Assembly: GCF_000025505.1 (NCBI RefSeq)
Contig: NC_013849.1
Coordinates: forward strand, 1,680,001-1,712,000
Length of the DNA stretch: 32,000 nt
Source: Ferroglobus placidus DSM 10642
GTDB lineage: Archaea > Halobacteriota > Archaeoglobi > Archaeoglobales > Archaeoglobaceae
Direction of reading: 5' to 3'
A program made the translations under genes and the position numbers. The notes under the pieces were generated by a model, which searched no databases, had not been told where the DNA came from, and saw nothing but the letters and a program-made list of their open reading frames with translations. Shown one piece after another: positions 25,559 through 32,000 of this stretch. Numbering within the stretch: position 1 is the stretch's first letter; each line of letters opens with the position of its first letter.

Positions 25559-27445
25559 ATGGCAAACAGGTTGGAAAAGGCAAGAAGCCCTTACCTTAGA
25601 AAGGCGGCAAATCAGCCTGTGGATTGGTTTGAGTGGAGTGAAGAAGCATTTAAAAAGGCTAAAGAAGAGGATAAACCCATTCTTCTTTCTGTAGGTGGCG
25701 TGTGGTGTCACTGGTGCCACGTTATGGCGAAAAAATGTTTTGAGAACGAGGATATTGCAAAAATCATCAATGAAAACTTCGTTGCAGTTAAAGTGGATAG
25801 GGATGAGCGTCCCGATATAGACAGAAGGTATCAGGAGTTTGTTTTTGCAACTACTGGCACTGGAGGCTGGCCTTTAACAGTTTTCCTCACACCTGATGGA
25901 GAACCATTCTTTGGAGGGACGTATTTCCCTCCAGAGGACGGTTTCGGGATGATAGGTTTCAAAACTCTGCTTTTAAAAATCTCCGAAATGTGGGAGAAAG
26001 ACAGGGAGAGTCTGTTGAAATCCGCAAAGCAGATCGTAGAATCTTTAAAAAAATTCAGTGAAAGGGATTTCAGTTCGAATTTTGATTTTACCCTGATAGA
26101 AAAGGGAATAAAAGCCGTGCTGGATAATATGGACTACGTGAACGGTGGTATCGGCAGAGCCCCAAAATTCCATCACGCAAAGGCTTTTGAGCTTCTTTTA
26201 ACACATTACTACTTTACAAAGGATGAGGATCTGATTAAAGCTGTAGAGCTTACCCTTGACGCAATGGCTAAGGGGGGCGTTTACGATCAGCTTATTGGTG
26301 GCTTCTTCCGCTATTCAACTGATGATAGATGGCATGTACCTCATTTCGAGAAGATGCTCTACGATAACGCTGAACTTTTAAAGCTCTACACAATAGCCTA
26401 TCAGATCACCAAGAAGGAGCTTTACAGAAAAGTTGCTAAGGGGATTGTGGATTACTACAGAAAATTCGGAGTAGATGAGAGAGGAGGATTCTACGCTTCT
26501 CAGGATGCGGATATCGGCGAGCTTGAGGAGGGTGGATATTATATTTTTAGCTTGGAGGAAATTAAAGAGGTTCTAAACGATGAAGAGTTCAGGATTGCTT
26601 CTCTCTACTTCGGGTTAAGGGAGGGGAAGAACGTTCTTCACGTATCCTTAGATGAGAACGAGATTTCAGAAATTCTCGGAATCCCCGTTCGGAGAGTTAA
26701 GGAAATTATTGAATCTGCCAAGGAGAAATTACTGGAGGTTAGGGAAAGAAGGGAGACACCCTTCATAGATAAGACAATATACACGAATTGGAACGGATTG
26801 ATGATTGAGGCGATGTGTGATTATTACAAATCCTTTAACGATCCTTGGGCTGTTGAAGTGGCGGAAAAGTCAGGTGAGAGATTGTTGAAGTTTTGGGACG
26901 GGGATGTGCTTTTACACACGGATGACGTTGAAGGTTTTTCAGAAGACTACATTTTCTTCGCAAAGGGTTTAATTGCGTTATTTGAGATCACTCAAAAAGG
27001 TAAGTATTTAAATGCTGCAGTTGAAATAACTAAGAGAGCTGTGGATTTGTTCTGGGATCATAAGAGAGGAGGATTTTTCGACAGGAAAAGTAGTGGCAAC
27101 GGCTTATTGAGTCTGAAGGTGAAGGATATTCAGGATTCTCCTCAGCAATCGGTTAACGGCATCGCTCCTCTACTTCTTACAACACTTTCATCTGTAACCG
27201 GAACGGAAGAATTTGGGGCATTAGCTAAAAAATCTCTGAGAGCTTTTGCGGGAATTTTGGAGAAATACCCTCTAATCTCTCCCTCGTACATGATAAGCCT
27301 CTACGCGTATATTAGGGGAATTTACCTTGTCAAAACCAGACGCCATTTTGAAGAAATGCTCAGAACTTTCAGACCGTTTAAGTTTGTGATTAGAGATGAT
27401 TCGGAATTGGTTTGCGAGGGAAACGTATGTAGGAGCTTAAAGTAA
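25559..27445 (+). CDS. thioredoxin-domain protein of DUF255/YyaL (spermatogenesis-associated 20-like) family
   Basis: MANRLEKARSPYLRKAANQPVDWFEW, WCHWCHVMAKKCFENEDIAKIIN, VDRDERPDIDRRYQEF, TGGWPLTVFLTPDGEPFFGGTYFPP. ATG 25559 preferred over 25499. Confidence 0.93.
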   Translation: MANRLEKARSPYLRKAANQPVDWFEWSEEAFKKAKEEDKPILLSVGGVWCHWCHVMAKKCFENEDIAKIINENFVAVKVDRDERPDIDRRYQEFVFATTGTGGWPLTVFLTPDGEPFFGGTYFPPEDGFGMIGFKTLLLKISEMWEKDRESLLKSAKQIVESLKKFSERDFSSNFDFTLIEKGIKAVLDNMDYVNGGIGRAPKFHHAKAFELLLTHYYFTKDEDLIKAVELTLDAMAKGGVYDQLIGGFFRYSTDDRWHVPHFEKMLYDNAELLKLYTIAYQITKKELYRKVAKGIVDYYRKFGVDERGGFYASQDADIGELEEGGYYIFSLEEIKEVLNDEEFRIASLYFGLREGKNVLHVSLDENEISEILGIPVRRVKEIIESAKEKLLEVRERRETPFIDKTIYTNWNGLMIEAMCDYYKSFNDPWAVEVAEKSGERLLKFWDGDVLLHTDDVEGFSEDYIFFAKGLIALFEITQKGKYLNAAVEITKRAVDLFWDHKRGGFFDRKSSGNGLLSLKVKDIQDSPQQSVNGIAPLLLTTLSSVTGTEEFGALAKKSLRAFAGILEKYPLISPSYMISLYAYIRGIYLVKTRRHFEEMLRTFRPFKFVIRDDSELVCEGNVCRSLK

Positions 27446-27486
27446 CTCAGGCAAAACTTATATTCTTCTTATTCACTGACATCTTT

Positions 27487-28368
27487 ATGATACGTAAAAT
27501 CCTCCTACCCGTAGATTTCTCTGAATACTCTCTCATGTCAGTTGAATGTGGAAGGGACCTTAAGGACCTCGGAGCTGAGGAGATAGTTTTACTTCACGTA
27601 ATAGACGAGAAATTTACGGATCCTCTTCGATATTCAAAACCGGAAATAATTCAGACAATTGTAGAGAGTTACAGGAGAGAAGTTGAGAAAAAACTCAGAG
27701 AAATTGAAGAAAAACTGTCGGACTTCAAAGTAAAGATTAGAATAGAGTTCGGAGAGCCTGCAGAAGAGATTCTGAGAGTTGCTGAAGAAGAGAAAGTTTC
27801 CTTGATCTATATGAGCGGTAGAGGTGAAAGCTGGCTTCTACCAAGGATGTTTGGAGGTGTTGCAGAGGTTATTGCTGCATCTTCATTTGTCCCCGTTCTA
27901 TTCACGAAATTTGAAGTTGTTCAGGAAGCTGGAAAAAATTATTGCAAGATAACATTTTCAAGAATTTTTGATAAAATCTTATACGCAACTGATTTCTCGG
28001 AGACGGCTGAGAGGTTGAAAGACTGGATAGAAAGGATTGGAGAGGTTAGTAAGAGGGTAGACATTGTTATAGCTACTGGAGACTTGAAACCTGAGGAAGG
28101 GGAGAGTTTTGAAGATGCTTTAAAGAGGATTGAAGGAAAAGCATTAGATCTTAAAGAAGATTTGGAGAGTAAATTAAACGTTCCTGTCAACGTATTCATA
28201 ATCCCGGAAGAGGCGGGAAGAGCGATAATTGAGGTTGCTGAAAGAGAAAAACCAACTCTTATTGCAATTGGGGCTAACGGTATCGGTAAGGCGAAGGGTA
28301 TCGGAAGGACAGCTGACGAAGTTTTGAGAAGATCCAGATATCCCGTACTACTTTTCAAAGCGACATGA
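27487..28368 (+). CDS. universal stress protein with two UspA domains in tandem
   Basis: Two copies of the IRKILLPVDFSEYS / FDKILYATDFSET start; the second domain ends with IGANGIGKAKGIGRTADEVLRRSRYPVLLF. Confidence 0.92.
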   Translation: MIRKILLPVDFSEYSLMSVECGRDLKDLGAEEIVLLHVIDEKFTDPLRYSKPEIIQTIVESYRREVEKKLREIEEKLSDFKVKIRIEFGEPAEEILRVAEEEKVSLIYMSGRGESWLLPRMFGGVAEVIAASSFVPVLFTKFEVVQEAGKNYCKITFSRIFDKILYATDFSETAERLKDWIERIGEVSKRVDIVIATGDLKPEEGESFEDALKRIEGKALDLKEDLESKLNVPVNVFIIPEEAGRAIIEVAEREKPTLIAIGANGIGKAKGIGRTADEVLRRSRYPVLLFKAT

Positions 28369-28632
28369 AAAATGCTTTTTACGAAATTTTAATTTAAGGC
28401 TGTGCTACTTTTTATACGCATATTTTTGAAGAAGGATTTCCCAATCTAGATAAGTTTGAACTTGCAGTAAAGGCAGCATATTCATCTCACCATCTATGGT
28501 TTATTAGAATGGGCGCGAAATAAATTACCGGTTTTTCTAGGCTTTACTGTAAAAAATAATAATTATGTAAAAAATCCTTGAAGCTTTTAAATTTGTTGTT
28601 GAAGATTATGTAGCTAAACATAAATCTGCTAA

Positions 28633-28902
28633 AAACTTTACTTTTTTGCACCCGGAGCAAGGAAGATTTATACAGAACTAAAAAGTGGAAAAACTAAATA
28701 TCAGGATTCACCAATTTTCAAGTTGAAAGGTGAAATAGTTATCGTGCCCGTTCCAGAAACGAGAGGAAGAGGGCTCGTGAAATTCAGGAGGAAGCTCAGC
28801 GAAATACTCGCAGAGTACAAAAGAGAGGAAAAGATGAAGGAGATTGAAATTGGAGATGTTAACATCCAGCGACAAGGGAAAACTAGAACTTATAGGTGTT
28901 AA
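28633..28902 (+). pseudogene. truncated/decayed coding remnant, family unassigned
   Basis: Stop-free frame without a good start: KLYFFAPGARKIYTELKSGKTKYQDSPIFKLKGEIVIVPVPETRGRGLVKFRRKLSEILAEYKREEKMKEIEIGDVNIQRQGKTRTYRC*. Confidence 0.35.
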
Positions 28903-29152
28903 GGAGGAATTATTGTTAAGGGATGGTTGTTAGAAGCAGCGAATAGAATCTTCTTTTTGATGTGAAGATGTGCAGTTAAATAAAAACAATTTATCTCTAT
29001 TAAATCTCGAAGTGTGCAAATCTGTGTTTAGGGAGAAAAAGAAATGTCGAAAGGGATCGAAAATTTTAACGTTATCTTCTTGAATCAGACTCATATTTAT
29101 AAGCTACGCGAAGACGCAAACGATATTAATTGCTCGAAATTTTAAACATTTC

Positions 29153-29836
29153 GTGAAAGCTTTCTTAGGCTCTCTCGGCTTTCTATCGACTCTACCCTTC
29201 GGAAGAGATCGGGAAAGTTTTGAAGCTTTTTTGGGAAATTTATGGGTGATGCCCTTAACCGGAGCGTTTTTGGGATTTTTAATTTGGGTTTTCGCTGAGA
29301 TTATGAAACTTGCCGGATTAAAACCTTTGATATTTTTGTCATACTTCTTCATCGAGGGGATAAACCACGTTGACGGTTTGTCTGACTTCTTCGATTCCGT
29401 TTTTGCGAGGGATAAAGCGAGAGCTTTGAAAGACACGAAAATCGGTGTCGGAGGAGTTGTTGCGGTTTCCTCTTACGTTGTAATCCTTTACGCTTTCATT
29501 CCGAAAGCTGAGCTAATTCATTTGATTTTAGCTCAGAGCTTTGCAAAGGCTTCCATGCTTCTGCTGCTTTTAAGAAACGATGCGGCTTGGGAAGGTATGG
29601 CAAAGGTTTTCAGAGATAACGTTAGGAGGAAGGATTACGCCGGTTTGATATTCCCTCTTCTACTTCTCTTCCCTTCTTTTAACTGGAAATACCTTTTGAC
29701 GATTTTCTCTTTTTTAGCTGTGACACTTTTAATTGAATCCTACTCGAAGAAACATTTCGGAGGAATCAGCGGAGATTTGCTCGGGGCTGCTAACTGCTTA
29801 ACGTTTTCTTCGGTGATCGTATGCTTGCAGTTGTGA
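29153..29836 (+). CDS. cobS: adenosylcobinamide-GDP ribazoletransferase (cobalamin synthase)
   Basis: FLSTLPFGRD, FFIEGINHVDGLSDFFDSVFARDKARALKDTKIGVGG, HFGGISGDLLGAANCL; start (GTG 29153) may be approximate. Confidence 0.93.
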   Translation: MKAFLGSLGFLSTLPFGRDRESFEAFLGNLWVMPLTGAFLGFLIWVFAEIMKLAGLKPLIFLSYFFIEGINHVDGLSDFFDSVFARDKARALKDTKIGVGGVVAVSSYVVILYAFIPKAELIHLILAQSFAKASMLLLLLRNDAAWEGMAKVFRDNVRRKDYAGLIFPLLLLFPSFNWKYLLTIFSFLAVTLLIESYSKKHFGGISGDLLGAANCLTFSSVIVCLQL

Positions 29837-30360
29837 TGTGCGGAGGAAAGGGGAGCAGATTGAATTTCGTTGAAAAGCCTATGATAGAAGTTGGGGGTAA
29901 AAAGCTGATAGATTTTGCTTTGAAAGAGGTTGAAGAGGCTGGTTTGGAAGCGATTTTCGTTACTTCCAAATTCACGAAAAAGACAGAGAGCTACCTGAAA
30001 AATCTGGGATGCGAGGTTGTTAGAGGAACGGGAAGAGGGTACATGGAAGACTTGTTTTTTGCGATCGAAGAGTACTCGATCTCCAAACCTTTTCTTGCGT
30101 TGAACTCGGATCTTTACTACTATAAAAAAGGGTTTGTTTCCGAGGTAATTGCTGAGTACTTTAAAATAACATCTCCGGCTTTAAGCGTTAGATACGAGGA
30201 CGGAAGACCCGTTGGAATAAACGTATTCGATCCTTTTTTTGGTGAGCAGGAAGAGGAAATTTTTATTACAAGCGAAAAAGTAGTTCTTAACGTAGACACT
30301 TTCGAGGACTTAAAGGTGTTGGGATGGACGAGTACTTTGAAAGAAGGAGGAGGATGGTAG
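29821..30360 (+). CDS. cobY: adenosylcobinamide-phosphate guanylyltransferase, archaeal CobY type
   Basis: [33 protein letters not shown] nucleotidyltransferase signature; ALNSDLYY; overlaps cobS; 179 aa. Confidence 0.88.
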   Translation: MLAVVMCGGKGSRLNFVEKPMIEVGGKKLIDFALKEVEEAGLEAIFVTSKFTKKTESYLKNLGCEVVRGTGRGYMEDLFFAIEEYSISKPFLALNSDLYYYKKGFVSEVIAEYFKITSPALSVRYEDGRPVGINVFDPFFGEQEEEIFITSEKVVLNVDTFEDLKVLGWTSTLKEGGGW

Positions 30361-30971
30361 AGAAATTGAAGGAGGAGCTGAACATAAGCGATAGGGTAGC
30401 TGAAGCTATGCTAAAAGTTCCTCGCCACCTTTTTGTTCCGCCCGAATACAGAAGAGAAGCTTACAACGACTATCCTTTGCCGATAGGCTACGATCAGACT
30501 ATAAGCGCTCCTCACATGGTTGCGATAATGTGCGAGCTTCTTGATTTGAAAGAAGGAATGAAGGTGCTTGAGATCGGCACAGGAAGCGGATATCATGCGG
30601 CTGTCGTTGCCGAGCTCGTGGGAAAGAGGGGAAAGGTAATAACCGTAGAGAGAATTCCCGAGCTCGCTAAGAGAGCTGAAAAAACGCTTAAAGAGCTCGG
30701 ATACGATAACGTTATCGTTGTTGTTGGGGATGGGAGCGAAGGTTACGAAAAAGAAGCTCCCTACGACAGAATTTACGTTACAGCCACAGCCCCAGACGTT
30801 CCTCCTCCGCTCATCGAGCAGCTTAAGGAAGGAGGAAAGATGGTGATTCCCATCGGCAACTTTAGCCAGTACTTGTATTTGATCGAAAAGAAAAAGGGGA
30901 AAATAGAGAAGAGGAACATGGGTCCTGTTAGGTTCGTTCCCCTCATAGGCAAGTTCGGTTTCAAGGATTGA
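30354..30971 (+). CDS. pcm: protein-L-isoaspartate O-methyltransferase
   Basis: [12 protein letters not shown]-like, [71 protein letters not shown]; ATG 30354 preceded by GGAGGAGG. Confidence 0.96.
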   Translation: MVEKLKEELNISDRVAEAMLKVPRHLFVPPEYRREAYNDYPLPIGYDQTISAPHMVAIMCELLDLKEGMKVLEIGTGSGYHAAVVAELVGKRGKVITVERIPELAKRAEKTLKELGYDNVIVVVGDGSEGYEKEAPYDRIYVTATAPDVPPPLIEQLKEGGKMVIPIGNFSQYLYLIEKKKGKIEKRNMGPVRFVPLIGKFGFKD

Positions 30972-31010
30972 ATCAGTAGGATTTATAAACTTTGAACTTA
31001 AAAAAGCTTT

Positions 31011-31967
31011 ATGGAAACGCTAATTCTCACGAAAAGAGACGTCGAGAGTCTTTTAACGATGGAAGAGACGATAGCTGCTGTAGAGACTGCTTTTAGACTC
31101 CACGGAGAGAAAAAAGTTCAAATGCCTCCGAAGATGTATCTAACTTTTGAAGAGGGAGATTTAAGGGCGATGCCAGCTCAGGTTGGAAATTGGGCTGGAA
31201 TAAAGTGGGTGAATTCCCATCCGAAAAATCCGGAGAAAGGTTTGCCGACGGTTATGGCAGTTTTTATCCTCAACGACCCCTCTACTGGTTTTCCTCTCTC
31301 TATAATGGACGCGACTCACCTAACAAACATGCGCACCGGTGCTGCTGGGGCTGTGGCTGTGAAATATCTCGCGCCAAAAAATGCTGAGAGCGTCGGTTTT
31401 ATCGGGTGCGGAGTCCAAGCGAGATTTCAGTTTCTGGCTTTGAAAGAAGTTATGGACGTTTCTTTCGTCAGAGCTTACGATATAAGAAGTGAGACTACTG
31501 AAAACTTCGTCAACTTCGTCAAATCCTTTGGAGTCGATGCTGAAGTAGCTGAGGCTGAAAAAGTTTGCAAATGCGACGTCCTCGTAACTACCACCCCGAG
31601 CAGAAAGCCGGTGGTAAAGGATGAGTGGATCGAAGCTTTGCACATCAACGCCATAGGCGCTGACGCTCCCGGGAAACAGGAATTGGAGGAAAAAACGCTT
31701 CTAAGGGCGAAGATAGTCGTTGATGACATGGAGCAAGCTTTGCACAGCGGAGAAATCAACGTGGCGATATCCAAGGGAATCTTAAAGCCGGAAGACATCT
31801 ACGCAACTCTTGGAGAAATTGTGGCTGGTAAAAAGAAGGGGAGAGAGAATGATGAGCTGACGATTTTCGATTCCACGGGCTTGGCGATACAAGATGTTGC
31901 GACAGCTTCGGTTGTTTACGAGAAGGCTATTAAAGAAGGTTACGGAATCAAGCTGAGGATGTTTTGA
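31011..31967 (+). CDS. ornithine cyclodeaminase/mu-crystallin family, archaeal alanine dehydrogenase-like
   Basis: MPPKMYLTFEEGDLRAMP, THLTNMRTGAAGAVAVKYLAPKNAESVGFIGCGVQAR, NAIGADAPGKQELEE, IFDSTGLAIQDVATA. Confidence 0.92.
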   Translation: METLILTKRDVESLLTMEETIAAVETAFRLHGEKKVQMPPKMYLTFEEGDLRAMPAQVGNWAGIKWVNSHPKNPEKGLPTVMAVFILNDPSTGFPLSIMDATHLTNMRTGAAGAVAVKYLAPKNAESVGFIGCGVQARFQFLALKEVMDVSFVRAYDIRSETTENFVNFVKSFGVDAEVAEAEKVCKCDVLVTTTPSRKPVVKDEWIEALHINAIGADAPGKQELEEKTLLRAKIVVDDMEQALHSGEINVAISKGILKPEDIYATLGEIVAGKKKGRENDELTIFDSTGLAIQDVATASVVYEKAIKEGYGIKLRMF

Positions 31968-32000
31968 TGAGGCTCGCGGCTTTCGTTTCTGGCGGGAAAG
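31967..32000 (+). CDS. start of PP-loop ATPase, probably Dph6-like diphthine-ammonia ligase (truncated by window end)
   Basis: ATGA overlap with the upstream stop; MRLAAFVSGGK matches the SGGK(D) PP-loop start. Only 11 codons visible. Confidence 0.5.
   Translation, partial: MRLAAFVSGGK

Noticed and set aside
29104-29436. Minus-strand 110 aa ORF opposite cobS
   Set aside because: Antisense of the conserved cobS N-terminus.
1-32000. CRISPR array, intact IS element, rRNA genes
   Set aside because: No regularly spaced repeat, no complete transposase, and no rRNA core motifs were seen on reading. Searches with CRISPRCasFinder, ISfinder and Rfam would be needed to exclude degenerate cases.

Overview
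The window looks like chromosomal DNA from a hyperthermophilic archaeon; gene content suggests Archaeoglobales (inference only). In order it carries: a MinD-like ATPase with a small membrane partner; a beta-oxidation gene block (thiolase, DUF35 partner, 3-hydroxyacyl-CoA dehydrogenase/enoyl-CoA hydratase fusion, EtfBA, acyl-CoA dehydrogenase, CoA ligase); a DUF1624-like membrane protein; a MoaD-MoeA fusion; a decayed interval with a DUF3368/PIN-like remnant; a three-gene homocysteine-biosynthesis operon (DUF39-CBS, NIL-ferredoxin, UPF0280); an operon of an actin-like ATPase, an RHH plus cysteine-cluster protein and a luciferase-like protein, divergent from a coiled-coil/TM protein; a very short ferritin-like ORF; the L18e-L13-S9-RpoN-tRNA-Pro-RpoK-enolase-S2 operon; an AT-rich island encoding an exported and a membrane protein of unknown function; a shortened AIM24 protein; a hydrolase; superoxide reductase; a DUF255/YyaL protein; a tandem universal stress protein; a decayed interval; cobS-cobY-pcm; and an alanine dehydrogenase/ornithine cyclodeaminase-family gene. 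The best candidates for something new are the actin-like/RHH-cysteine locus, the MoaD-MoeA fusion with an internal Gly-Gly, the rpoN/tRNA-Pro 10-nt overlap, the half-size ferritin-like protein and the AT-rich island. No CRISPR array or intact transposon was recognised.
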